NCBI GenBank assembly: GCA_903831305.1
Contig: CAIKXE010000004.1
Location: 9,026-73,025, forward strand
Direction of reading: 5' to 3'
DNA length: 64,000 bases
Source of the DNA: an uncultured bacterium
GTDB lineage: Bacteria > Patescibacteriota > Minisyncoccia > Phycocordibacterales > GWA1-40-21
Shown: one piece after another, positions 47,386 to 57,307 of the stretch
Layout of the letters: every line of letters starts with the position of its first letter
How positions within the stretch are numbered: position 1 is the stretch's first letter
Translations under genes and position numbers: made by a program
Notes under the pieces: generated by a model
The model's database searches: none
What the model saw: only the letters and a program-made list of their open reading frames with translations
What the model was told of the DNA's origin: nothing

Positions 47386-47907
47386 ATGTTAATAAAACAT
47401 AAAGATCAGAGAGTTGGTATTTTTATCGACGCTCAAAATTTATATCATTGTGCCAAGAATTTGTACGGCGCTAAAGTAAACTTTGCCCAAGTGGTAAAGG
47501 ATGCCTTAGGTAGCCGTGCTCTTATCCGAGCGATTGCCTATGTGATTTCCACTGAAGGTGGAGAAGAGAAAAGTTTTTTTGATGCCCTGACTAAAGCGGG
47601 GATTGAGACCAAAACCAAGGATTTACAAATCTTTGCAGGTGGCCAGAAGAAAGCAGACTGGGATGTGGGTCTAGCGGTAGATGCTATCAAAATGGCGCCT
47701 AAGCTCGACACCGTCATCATCATTGCTGGTGATGGCGACTATGTTCCGCTCGTGGAATACCTCAAAATGAACGAGGGTTGCCAAGTGGAAGCTGTTTGCT
47801 TTGGCAAGAGCACTTCCGCCAAACTGATTGATGTCGTGGATGGCTTTACGGATTTGGATGTCAATAATCGTAAATACTTACTAGGGTCAGTGGGGCTAAG
47901 ACGTTAG
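47386..47907 (+). CDS. NYN/LabA-family PIN-like nuclease domain protein
   Basis: FIDAQNLY, KADWDVGLAVDA and GDGDYVPL motifs. Confidence 0.9.
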   Translation: MLIKHKDQRVGIFIDAQNLYHCAKNLYGAKVNFAQVVKDALGSRALIRAIAYVISTEGGEEKSFFDALTKAGIETKTKDLQIFAGGQKKADWDVGLAVDAIKMAPKLDTVIIIAGDGDYVPLVEYLKMNEGCQVEAVCFGKSTSAKLIDVVDGFTDLDVNNRKYLLGSVGLRR

Positions 47908-48083
47908 GAAACGTCCGCAAGTAAGCCATGGCTTACTTGGTATGAGCCCTTGTTCCCACACCTACTTTAAATAAGCAGGCGTGGGACTTGCATTTAAAAA
48001 TCGGGAGGTAGAGGGATTACTTGCTAACTTTCTGTTTTTTGCTAATCTTAAACTAGAAAGTACAAATTCAAAGGAGGTGCGAT

Positions 48084-48272
48084 ATGCTGAAGAAAGCGAA
48101 GCGTAAAAGAACAGATCCCGATAACCAGGCAATTGGGGGTAGTGATTTTCACTTCCAAAAGTTAAACCGCAGTCAAGGGCCTGGTTCGGGGAGGAAGAAA
48201 GTCAGAAGAGCCTTGAGTCGGTGGAAGCGGCAGAAAATACTGGAAGGTGTGCTTGTTGGGTTGAGCAACTGA
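48084..48272 (+). CDS. Small basic orphan protein (62 aa)
   Basis: SD AAGGAGGTG, upstream promoter-like TTGCTA...TGCTAATCT, and a downstream GC-rich terminator. Confidence 0.55.
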   Translation: MLKKAKRKRTDPDNQAIGGSDFHFQKLNRSQGPGSGRKKVRRALSRWKRQKILEGVLVGLSN

Positions 48273-48288
48273 ACACCTTCGGATCTCG

Positions 48289-48330
48289 TGGGCCGGGCGC
48301 GCCGCGCCCGGCCCATTTGTTTTCCTTTTT
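48289..48330 (+). terminator. GC-rich intrinsic terminator
   Basis: GGGCCGGGCGC-GCC-GCGCCCGGCCC followed by ATTTGTTTTCCTTTTT. Confidence 0.75.
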
Positions 48331-48447
48331 ATTTCTTATGTGCTATCCTAAAATCAGTTATTTTATCAGTGCTGGTCTTTGAATATGCAGTTTAGAACCT
48401 TGAGTTCTGACCTGAAATTCAGAGATCTAGCTTAAGCAATATTAATT

Positions 48448-50571
48448 ATGAAGAAAAAAGAGTTTGTGACCGAGCTTAATGGCAAGAAGCTCCAGGCGGA
48501 GTTTAGTGATTTAGTAGAAAATGCCCACGGTTCAGTCATCCTTAAATATGGCAATACCGTTATTTTAGCAACCGCGGTTATTAGTAAGGACGAGATCAGC
48601 AAGGATTATCTACCCCTCACGGTGGATTATGAGGAAAAGTTTTATGCTTCTGGTCAAATCCTCGGTAGCCGTTTTATGAAGCGAGAAGGCAAGCCGTCTG
48701 ACGAAGCCATATTATCCGGCCGAGTGGTGGACCGAACTATCCGCCCTCTCTTTGACCAATGGATCAGAAATGAAATACAGGTGGTCATCACTATCCTCTC
48801 GATTGATCAAGATGACCCAGATGTACTAGCCGTTATTGCCGCTTCACTTGCCCTTGGTGTCTCCAAGATTCCTTTCCACGGACCAGTGTCTGCTATCCGT
48901 ATTGGCAAACACAAAACCGATGGCTTTGAAATCAACCCTACTTATACAGAAAGAGAAAATGAAAACTTTGAAATTGATTTGATTGCTTGTGGTAAAGATG
49001 GCCATATCAACATGATCGAGCTTGGCGGTGATGAAGCCCAAGAGGAAGTGATCATTGAAGCCATGACCAAAGCCTCTATTGAAATTGAGAAGTTAAACGC
49101 TTGGCAGAAATCAGTCATTGCCGAGATTGGCGTACCAAAGATTTCTCTCTCCGCTCCCGTGATGCCCGAGGAAGTAAAAAAACTTTTTGCTACCGAGATT
49201 GAGCCAAAGCTTGAAGGCTTTGTGATGAGTGGAATTCCGGGTGGTTCCAAGATCGGCGAGATCATGGATATTTGGCTGAAATTGGCGGCTGAGAAATTAC
49301 CAGAAGTAAAATCATCTTTTGCTGAACATTTGTTTGAAGAAAAAGTAGATGCTTTGATCCACGAGCAAGTCTTGAAAAATAACAAGCGGGCGGATGGCCG
49401 GGGGATAGACGAACTCCGACCCCTCTTTGCTCAAGCGGGTGGCATATCACCAGTCCTTCATGGCTCCGGTATATTTTACCGCGGAGGAACCCACATCTTA
49501 ACTGCTTTGACTTTAGGTGGACCAGCTGATGCGCAGATAATAAATGGTATGGAAGAGAGTACGGATGCCAAGCGCTTTATGCATCACTACAACTTCCCAC
49601 CATATTCGACCGGTGAGACCGGCAAGATGGGTGGCACAAACAGAAGGATGATTGGTCACGGTGCTCTCGCCGAAAAAGCCTTGCTTCCTATTATTCCTAA
49701 AAATGTGGACTTTCCTTATACTATCCGTCTGGTCTCTGAAGCTATGTCTTCAAATGGTTCTACTTCTATGGGCTCGGTCTGTGCTTCTACTATTGCCCTC
49801 ATGGATGGTGGGGTGCCGATCAAGGCTCCAGTGGCCGGTATTGCCTCCGGACTGATGATGGATGATAAAGGTAATTATAAAGTCCTCACCGATATCCAAG
49901 GACCGGAAGATCATTATGGTGATATGGACTTTAAAGTGGCTGGAACTAAAAACGGAGTGACCGCTATCCAGATGGATGTAAAAGTCTCTGGGGTGCCGAT
50001 CAGAGCTTTAGCGGAAGCTTTTCAAAAAGCCAAGGCGGCTCGTTTAAAAATACTAGAGGTAATCCTGGCTGAGATTTCTGAAACTAGAAAAGATATTTCG
50101 GCAAACGCGCCCAAAATATTAGTTCTAAAAATAAAACCAGATCAGATTGGTGGAGTGATTGGTAGTGGTGGAAAAACAATCAAAGAAATAAAAGAGCGGA
50201 CGGGTGCTGACATTGATATTGAAGATGATGGTACTGTGTATTGTACAGGAAAGGATGGTTCGGCCGAGAAAGCCAAACTGATCATTGAAGCCATGACTCA
50301 CGAGTATAAGGCCGGGGAGAAATATGAGGGAACCGTAACCAAGGTGACGGACTTTGGTGCCTTTGTAAAAATCGGTGATAGTGATAATGAAGGACTCGTC
50401 CACGTGTCTGAGATTGCTTCCTTCCGCGTAGAAAATGTCAGTGCGGTTTTGAAACCAGGTGACAAGGTACCGGTGATAGTAAAGGGAGTAGATGAGAGAG
50501 ACCGTATCAGCTTGTCCATCAAACTTGCCGACCCAACTTTCATTAAGAACAAGGCTATAGAAAAAAAGTAA
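48448..50571 (+). CDS. pnp: Polyribonucleotide nucleotidyltransferase (PNPase)
   Basis: Two RNase PH domains (HYNFPPYS, SNGSTSMGS, DMDFKVAG), plus KH and S1 domains. Confidence 0.96.
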   Translation: MKKKEFVTELNGKKLQAEFSDLVENAHGSVILKYGNTVILATAVISKDEISKDYLPLTVDYEEKFYASGQILGSRFMKREGKPSDEAILSGRVVDRTIRPLFDQWIRNEIQVVITILSIDQDDPDVLAVIAASLALGVSKIPFHGPVSAIRIGKHKTDGFEINPTYTERENENFEIDLIACGKDGHINMIELGGDEAQEEVIIEAMTKASIEIEKLNAWQKSVIAEIGVPKISLSAPVMPEEVKKLFATEIEPKLEGFVMSGIPGGSKIGEIMDIWLKLAAEKLPEVKSSFAEHLFEEKVDALIHEQVLKNNKRADGRGIDELRPLFAQAGGISPVLHGSGIFYRGGTHILTALTLGGPADAQIINGMEESTDAKRFMHHYNFPPYSTGETGKMGGTNRRMIGHGALAEKALLPIIPKNVDFPYTIRLVSEAMSSNGSTSMGSVCASTIALMDGGVPIKAPVAGIASGLMMDDKGNYKVLTDIQGPEDHYGDMDFKVAGTKNGVTAIQMDVKVSGVPIRALAEAFQKAKAARLKILEVILAEISETRKDISANAPKILVLKIKPDQIGGVIGSGGKTIKEIKERTGADIDIEDDGTVYCTGKDGSAEKAKLIIEAMTHEYKAGEKYEGTVTKVTDFGAFVKIGDSDNEGLVHVSEIASFRVENVSAVLKPGDKVPVIVKGVDERDRISLSIKLADPTFIKNKAIEKK

Positions 50572-50597
50572 AAATTCGGTTATACTAGAGGTCAGAT

Positions 50598-51752
50598 ATG
50601 CCTCCCGAAGAAAATACAAATAAAAATAATCTACCCTTGGGTGCTTTTAGAGTCGGGATTGACCCGGTTTTTAAAGGTAACCCAGTTACTCAAACGAGAT
50701 CTAGTATCCCTGGTTTCACTGGTATGAGCCACCCCGTGGAGGCCGGAGGTGCTTATGACGTTCTGAATAACCAAAAATACGTTCCTTCTGCCTCGCCTGT
50801 TCCACTTGCCCCAAAACAAACAGCAACTCAAAATAGTACTCCAAAATCCATCATCCGGACATACAAAGGTGACCTAGAGTCTGCGGTGGAGGCCAACCAC
50901 TTATCTTCTATAAACATCGCCATTGCCGAAAATGAAAAGATGCATAATCAGATTAAAGCGGGGACAGGCGGGGAAAACTATGGCTTAAACACCACTGCTG
51001 ATTATTCAGACTATTCTAAAAGTAAAATAATTATTTTTATTAGTTTTATTTTTATTTTGGCGGGCGGGATCGGCTTGGGTATTACTTTCTTTATAAAGAA
51101 TCCAAATTTAAATATCATTCCCGTGGTTCAAAGCCAGGAATGGCCATCACTCATAACCGCCGAAATAAAGGCTGAGTTAGACACAAACACTGTGGCTAAA
51201 GGCAAATTTATTATTACTTTATCTGACATGATTAGTGGAAGTCAAATACCAATAAATAATTTTTATAATATTTCCATTACCACCGGCACCAGTACAAAGA
51301 GACTGCTCAGCTCTGCCGAGCTTGTTACTCTACTCAATTTTAAAATGCCCGATCTGATGAAGCGGACATTATCAACCAGCTTTATGATAGGGGTATATTC
51401 GCAAACAAAAAATACACCTTTCCTTATTTTAAAAACCACCTCTTCAGAAAATACCTATGCCGGAATGCTAGCTTGGGAAAAAGATCTAGAAGATAATTTC
51501 AAAATATTATTTAAGCTCCCAGGTTATGAAAAAAACGTCAGCCTAAATGATTTACTCGGCCCGACTGTTTTGAAAAAATTTGAAGATGCCGTCATTATAA
51601 ACAAGGATGTCCGCCTGCTCCGAGACGCTGATAAACAAATAATACTGCTGTATAGCTTGATTGATAAAGAAACGGTAGTGATTACCACTGATACTCAAGC
51701 CTTAAAAGATATTATTGCCCGGCTTAATAAGGAAAAAACCCTTAAAAGGTAG
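50598..51752 (+). CDS. CPR-type single-TM hypothetical protein
   Basis: IRTYKGD motif, a central TM segment and YAGMLAWE. Confidence 0.7.
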   Translation: MPPEENTNKNNLPLGAFRVGIDPVFKGNPVTQTRSSIPGFTGMSHPVEAGGAYDVLNNQKYVPSASPVPLAPKQTATQNSTPKSIIRTYKGDLESAVEANHLSSINIAIAENEKMHNQIKAGTGGENYGLNTTADYSDYSKSKIIIFISFIFILAGGIGLGITFFIKNPNLNIIPVVQSQEWPSLITAEIKAELDTNTVAKGKFIITLSDMISGSQIPINNFYNISITTGTSTKRLLSSAELVTLLNFKMPDLMKRTLSTSFMIGVYSQTKNTPFLILKTTSSENTYAGMLAWEKDLEDNFKILFKLPGYEKNVSLNDLLGPTVLKKFEDAVIINKDVRLLRDADKQIILLYSLIDKETVVITTDTQALKDIIARLNKEKTLKR

Positions 51753-51789
51753 CCTGGTGGTTTTTCCATTTTGTGCTATTATTTATGAT

Positions 51790-52143
51790 ATGGAAACAAA
51801 TAAATATAAGAAGTTGCTTGAGGAGGAAAAAGTCAAATTAATAAAAGAGCTAAATACTATTGGCCAGAAAAATCCTTCTAATTCTAAAGATTGGGAAGCC
51901 AAGCCTACAAACATGGATTCAGATTCCGCTGATGACAACGAAGTAGCTGACACCATAGAAGAATTTGAAGGTAACTCCGCCATCTTAAAACAACTGGAAA
52001 TCCAAGTGAATAATGTGGAAACCGCTTTGAAAGAAATCCTGGCTGGCACTTACGGTAAATGTCTCATCTGTGGGGAGCAAATCCCTGAAGACCGCCTCCT
52101 AGCGAACCCCGCTTCACTGACTTGCATCGAGCATACTAAGTAA
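51790..52143 (+). CDS. DksA/TraR-family zinc finger protein (start at METNKY)
   Basis: Coiled coil with acidic tip; GTYGKCLICGEQIPEDRLLANP...CIEH (C-C-C-H). Confidence 0.85.
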   Translation: METNKYKKLLEEEKVKLIKELNTIGQKNPSNSKDWEAKPTNMDSDSADDNEVADTIEEFEGNSAILKQLEIQVNNVETALKEILAGTYGKCLICGEQIPEDRLLANPASLTCIEHTK

Positions 52144-52145
52144 TA

Positions 52146-52189
52146 AAAACAAAAAACCTATGCTATACTAAACATAGGTTTTTTGTTTT
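52146..52189 (+). terminator. Intrinsic terminator
   Basis: AAAACAAAAAACCTATG-loop-CATAGGTTTTTTGTTTT. Confidence 0.7.
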
Positions 52190-52229
52190 CACTTTATAAA
52201 CTTTAGAACTTTTAACTTTACAAACTAAT

Positions 52230-53837
52230 ATGGGATTTGCTAAAACATACAGTGCCCAGCCCAGTATCCTCGGGGCCAGGATTATTGACGTGGAGGTAGA
52301 TATTTCTAAAGGTTTAAATGCTTTTACCGTGGTGGGGCTAGGGGACAAGAGTGTGGAGGAGAGCAAGGACCGTATGGCCTCCGCCATAAAAAACTCTGGC
52401 TTCAAATCCCCAAAACAAAGCAATCAAAAAGTAGTTATTTCGCTTGCTCCTGCGGATTTTAAGAAAGAAGGCCCAGTGTTTGACCTAGCGATGGCGATAG
52501 CTTATCTGACAGCGAATGAAGAACTATTTTTTAATCCGGACGGCAAAATCTTCTTAGGGGAATTATCCCTGGATGGTAAATTGCGAAAAATCAGTGGTGT
52601 GCTTCCAGCTGTAGCGGAAGCCAAGAAAAAAGGTTTTACGGAAATATATTTACCTAAAGAAAACGCTCGCGAGGCGGCCTTGATTTCTGATATTTTAATT
52701 TATGGCGCCGACACTTTAGAGGAAGTAATCACTCATCTATCATTAGGTGAGGGCAGTGGAGAGGAGGAAACGGATGCCGAGTGTTTTGAGGCGGAAGAAA
52801 AGAATAATCGTTTTCATAAAAGTTCCAGAAAAATAAATAATCAGCCCAAAACCAAAATTGAATACCCAGATGAGGAAAATGAGATTGATTTCTCTGATGT
52901 AGTGGGGCAGGAAAGCGCCAAAAGAGGATTAGAGATAGCCGCCGCTGGTGGGCACAACATAGCCATGTATGGACCACCCGGGACTGGTAAAACCATGCTA
53001 GCTAAAGCATTCTCTGGAATATTACCGCCGCTCTCCTTTGATGAAATAATTGAGATTACTGGTATTCACTCCGTAGCGGGAACACTCAAGGGGGATTTGG
53101 TCAGTGTACCACCAATCCGTGCCCCTCATCACACGGCTTCTTATGTCTCGCTTGTCGGTGGAGGCACTATCCCCAAACCAGGAGAAGTGACTTTAGCTCA
53201 CCGCGGAGTACTATTCCTAGATGAATTTCCAGAGTTTGATAAGAAAGTGTTAGAGACTCTACGCCAGCCACTAGAGGAGAGGGAAATCAGTATTTCTCGC
53301 GCTCGGGGGTCTATCACTTTCCCCGCTAATTTTATTTTAATCGCTGCTATGAACCCTTGCCCCTGCGGTAATCACGGTTCAAAAACCAAAGAGTGTATTT
53401 GCCGAGCGATTGATCTGCTAAAATATCAACGAAAGATTTCTGGCCCGATCATGGACCGGATAGATATGTGGGTAGAAGTTTCCCTCATCAACCACGCTGA
53501 TCTGTCTGGTAAAAAAAGTGATAAGCAAATAAAAAATAATCCTAAAATCCGCACCCGCATCGCCGCCGCCAGAGAGATGCAAAAAGTCCGTTTTGCCAAT
53601 TTAAAAAGAAAAGTAAAAACCAATGGGGAAATGAACTCTAAAGATATTTCTAATCTGATTGAGCTGTCTAAAGAGGTAAAGGATATTCTGGATAGGAGTG
53701 CCGTAAAGCTCGGCCTCTCCGCCCGCGCTTATCACCGGGTGATCAAGCTTGCTCGCACCATCGCTGACCTAGAGAAAAAAGCCGAGATTGAATTACCACA
53801 TATCTTAGAGGCTCTGCAGTATCGCCCTAAGAATTAA
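52230..53837 (+). CDS. comM: ComM/YifB Mg-chelatase-like AAA+ ATPase
   Basis: GELSLDG, GPPGTGKTMLA, PHHTAS, LFLDEFPEF, AMNPCPCG and ARTIADL motifs. Confidence 0.94.
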   Translation: MGFAKTYSAQPSILGARIIDVEVDISKGLNAFTVVGLGDKSVEESKDRMASAIKNSGFKSPKQSNQKVVISLAPADFKKEGPVFDLAMAIAYLTANEELFFNPDGKIFLGELSLDGKLRKISGVLPAVAEAKKKGFTEIYLPKENAREAALISDILIYGADTLEEVITHLSLGEGSGEEETDAECFEAEEKNNRFHKSSRKINNQPKTKIEYPDEENEIDFSDVVGQESAKRGLEIAAAGGHNIAMYGPPGTGKTMLAKAFSGILPPLSFDEIIEITGIHSVAGTLKGDLVSVPPIRAPHHTASYVSLVGGGTIPKPGEVTLAHRGVLFLDEFPEFDKKVLETLRQPLEEREISISRARGSITFPANFILIAAMNPCPCGNHGSKTKECICRAIDLLKYQRKISGPIMDRIDMWVEVSLINHADLSGKKSDKQIKNNPKIRTRIAAAREMQKVRFANLKRKVKTNGEMNSKDISNLIELSKEVKDILDRSAVKLGLSARAYHRVIKLARTIADLEKKAEIELPHILEALQYRPKN

Positions 53838-53839
53838 AA

Positions 53840-53908
53840 CAAAAAAACCATCATATATTCTCTTCACTTAACGAGGACTAATCGTTCAGAGAACATATGA
53901 TGTTTTTT
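53840..53908. repeat. Family C element / bidirectional terminator
   Basis: CATCATATATTCTCTTCACTTAAC-GAGGA-CTAATCGTTCAGAGAACATATGATG. Confidence 0.75.
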
Positions 53909-53914
53909 TAGGAC

Positions 53915-54973
53915 TTAAAAAGGATTCTTAGCCCCACGAATTTCAAAGTGTAGGTGCGGACCGGTGGACTTACCAGTATTACCAGAATAACCGATGAGCT
54001 GGCCCCGGCTGACCGTCTGCCCGACAGAGACCACGGTGCTGGTCATATGACCATAAACCGTTTGGGTATTGTTTGGATGCTCTATAACCACATAATTACC
54101 ATATCCACCGTTCCAACCAGAATTCTTACTAATAATCACCGTACCGGGAGCTGAGGCGTAAAGGGTGGAACCAAGTGGCATACCATAGTCTACACCATTA
54201 TAACCATGCAAACCTTGAGTCCTGTGTCCACCAATAAAAGGCTTGGCGTAATAACCATCATAAGCCGGGCCCGAAGCGGAAGTAATCAGACGAGAAGTGG
54301 CGTTGGTAGAAGGACGAATAGAAGAAGAAACCTGGCCATCAGGAATCAGGATAGTATCACCGATCGCCAGCTTGGCGCTCACACTTAAATCGTTAAAGCT
54401 TGCTATTTCAGACAAATCTCCGCCATATTTTTTAGCAATAGTGTTTAAAGTATCACCCTTAACCACCGTGTGCATCACCCCTGAGATAGGCAAGATAACA
54501 AGAGTCTGACCAGCGCGCAAAATAGAGCTCTTAGTCATATCGTTAGCCCAGAGGATAGTGTTTACTGATACATCAAACATCTCGGCAATCTTGGCCAAGG
54601 TATCTCCACTTCTAACTGTGTAAACGCTGATCTGGGCGTTTGAATTGTCTATTTCTTCCGGTGCCAAACTGGAAGGTCCAACTTCAGGCAATAAAGCCTG
54701 CCCACCATCAATAACAAGCTCGGCGCCAGTTTTAGGAATTGGGTCAAAATTGTTTGCGGCTTCAAGGACATTTTGTGAACTATTCTCTATAATTGAATCA
54801 GATTGGGCTGAAACATCTTGTCCGGAAAAGATACTGGTAACCGAGGACCAAAAACCAGCCTGGGTAACCGCCGGCCTAGCAAAAAGTAAGGTCAGAATGA
54901 GGAATAACAAAAAAAACCTTTCAAAGAAAGACCGTAAAAACTTCACTATTTCAATATAAATTTTAAAATCCAT
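53915..54973 (-). CDS. LysM-domain M23 peptidoglycan endopeptidase
   Basis: Two LysM domains (YTVRSGDTL, HTVVKGDTL); YGHM and STGPHLHFE motifs. Confidence 0.92.
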   Translation of the reverse strand: MDFKIYIEIVKFLRSFFERFFLLFLILTLLFARPAVTQAGFWSSVTSIFSGQDVSAQSDSIIENSSQNVLEAANNFDPIPKTGAELVIDGGQALLPEVGPSSLAPEEIDNSNAQISVYTVRSGDTLAKIAEMFDVSVNTILWANDMTKSSILRAGQTLVILPISGVMHTVVKGDTLNTIAKKYGGDLSEIASFNDLSVSAKLAIGDTILIPDGQVSSSIRPSTNATSRLITSASGPAYDGYYAKPFIGGHRTQGLHGYNGVDYGMPLGSTLYASAPGTVIISKNSGWNGGYGNYVVIEHPNNTQTVYGHMTSTVVSVGQTVSRGQLIGYSGNTGKSTGPHLHFEIRGAKNPF

Positions 54974-55182
54974 AATTAAGGCAGTTACAAGGGAAAGAGG
55001 TGAACCAACATATCAGGAAAATCATAAAAACTGCTAAACTGCCTACCTTCCTATATTAGCAAAAAAGTGGTAAAAAATCAATCTAAAGGTGCCTAACCTG
55101 TGGATATCTCTAAATAATTATCTGGCTCAAAATAAGGCTATTTTAGCTAGGGAATAGCCAAAAACTGTGTTAGAATGAATAA

Positions 55183-57150
55183 ATGGAAGAAAAAAAGGTA
55201 AAAAATGATCATTTGGAGGGACTAAACCCCGCCCAAAAAGAGGCCGTTTTACACACAAACGGACCCCTTTTAATCTTTGCCGGGGCGGGAGCAGGCAAAA
55301 CCAAGACCATCACTTGCCGAATAATGCATTTAATCAAGTCTGGGGTAGAGCCCAAGAACATTTTAGCTATTACCTTTACTAATAAAGCGGCCAAAGAGAT
55401 GCGTGACCGAGTATTAACTGCCTTAGAAAAGGAAAGGGGGTTGGCAAATACTCCTTACCATGAAAAACCCTTTATTAGTACTTTTCACTCCCTCGGGGTC
55501 CATATTTTAAAAGAAAACAGCCGAGAGCTCGGTCTCACCAGGAACTTTTCTATTTTTGATAAGAGTGATTCACAAAAAACCGTCCGGGACATTGTCCGAG
55601 ATATGGGTCTGGACCCTAAACAGCATGAACCAAATAAGATTTTGAACATCATTTCTCGGGAAAAAGGTGATTTAAAAAATGCCCAAGACTTTGCGGAGTC
55701 TATCAGTGGGGAAAACCACACCGCGGCTCATGGCTTGATCTCCCAAATCTGGACCGAGTATGAGAAGAGGCTACGAGCAGAAAAAGCTTTAGATTTTGAT
55801 GATTTATTGCTCCAGACATATAAATTATTAAAAAATCACCCTGCCATCTTAGAAAAATATCAGAACTTGTGGCAATACATCCATATAGACGAGTATCAAG
55901 ACACCAACAAAGTGCAATATATGACGGTGAAACTATTGGCGACCAAGCACCAAAACTTGTGCGTGGTGGGGGATATTGACCAGAATATTTACAGCTGGCG
56001 TGGAGCAGATATTAAAAATATTTTAAATTTTGAAAAAGATTATCCTCAAGCCCTGGTAGTACTGCTTGAAGAAAACTATCGTTCCACCCAAAATATTTTA
56101 GCGGTAGCTAATAGCATCATTAAAAAAAATACTAATCGTGTAGAAAAAAATCTATTTACTAAAAATGCTGAGGGAGATAAGGTCTCCCTTTATGCTGGTT
56201 ACAATGAAGCTGAGGAAGCACATTATATTGCTAATAAATGCAAAGAATTAATAGCCACTGGTATCTCGGCGCGGGAGATTGCCGTTTTATATCGGGCCAA
56301 CTTTCAGTCCCGCGCCCTGGAGGATGCCTTCCTAACTAAAAGTGTCCCGTATCAAGTGCTCGGCACAAAATTCTTTGAGAGAAAAGAAGTCAAAGATATC
56401 GTTTCTTTTGTCCGCGCCGGACTCAATCCCGAAAGCATGACAGATATAAAAAGAATCATAAATGTGCCGGCTCGCGGTATCGGCAAGGTCACTATTTTAA
56501 AAATATTTGCTGGCCAAAAAGAGGAGATTCCACTGGCCACCAGACTAAAAGTAGATCAATTTTATAATTTACTAAAAGATATTGGCAAGCTGGCCCACGA
56601 GACCAAACCATCAGAAGTAATCAAATTCATCATCAAGGAAAGTGGCATTGAAAAGGAGCTCCGGGACGGGAATGATGAAGAGAAAGAAAGGCTGGAAAAC
56701 ATGCGTGAATTAGCCACTTTAGCTATAAAATACGACCATTTTCCGCAGGGTGAGGGGATAGAAAAGCTGGTGGAAGAAGCGGCTCTAGCGACAGACCAGG
56801 ACAGCCTAGAAAAAAATGAAAATGCGGTCAAACTGATGACGGTACATGCTTCCAAGGGCCTAGAATTTGATTATGTTTTTATCACCGGACTGGAAGAAGA
56901 TTTGTTTCCGCATCAGCGGATGAACAGTGTAAAAAATAAAGAAGACAGCGAGGAGGAAAGGCGATTATTTTATGTGGCCCTCACTCGAGCGCGCAAGAAA
57001 GTATTTTTAACTTATGCTAATACTCGAACTATTTTTGGCTCGGCCCAAGTAAACACCCCGTCACAATTTATTGGTGATATTGAAGAGAGCTTTATTGAAG
57101 CGGATCAGACATTTGAATATCGGGAGAAAATAATTTATTTGGAGTTGTAG
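55183..57150 (+). CDS. pcrA: UvrD/PcrA ATP-dependent DNA helicase
   Basis: AGAGAGKT, TFTNKAA, DEYQDTN, VGDIDQNIYSWRGA, NYRST, TVHASKGLEF and EERRLFYVALTRA motifs. Confidence 0.95.
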   Translation: MEEKKVKNDHLEGLNPAQKEAVLHTNGPLLIFAGAGAGKTKTITCRIMHLIKSGVEPKNILAITFTNKAAKEMRDRVLTALEKERGLANTPYHEKPFISTFHSLGVHILKENSRELGLTRNFSIFDKSDSQKTVRDIVRDMGLDPKQHEPNKILNIISREKGDLKNAQDFAESISGENHTAAHGLISQIWTEYEKRLRAEKALDFDDLLLQTYKLLKNHPAILEKYQNLWQYIHIDEYQDTNKVQYMTVKLLATKHQNLCVVGDIDQNIYSWRGADIKNILNFEKDYPQALVVLLEENYRSTQNILAVANSIIKKNTNRVEKNLFTKNAEGDKVSLYAGYNEAEEAHYIANKCKELIATGISAREIAVLYRANFQSRALEDAFLTKSVPYQVLGTKFFERKEVKDIVSFVRAGLNPESMTDIKRIINVPARGIGKVTILKIFAGQKEEIPLATRLKVDQFYNLLKDIGKLAHETKPSEVIKFIIKESGIEKELRDGNDEEKERLENMRELATLAIKYDHFPQGEGIEKLVEEAALATDQDSLEKNENAVKLMTVHASKGLEFDYVFITGLEEDLFPHQRMNSVKNKEDSEEERRLFYVALTRARKKVFLTYANTRTIFGSAQVNTPSQFIGDIEESFIEADQTFEYREKIIYLEL

Positions 57151-57190
57151 GGTAGCTTTTTTCTCTCTAGATTGGTAGGATTAGAACGTC

Positions 57191-57297
57191 TCGGCTAGGA
57201 TAACATAATTTTGGAGTGCGCATAATTTTCTGCTGAAAATTTGCTCTCTCTCGGCTACCCGCCTGTGAAGCCTCCAAAATCATATTATCCTAGCTGA
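57191..57297. repeat. Family D structured repeat
   Basis: Third copy; reads GGCTACCCGCC where the others read GCCTACCCGGC, a compensatory change. Confidence 0.9.
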
Positions 57298-57307
57298 TAC
57301 TTAAAAC

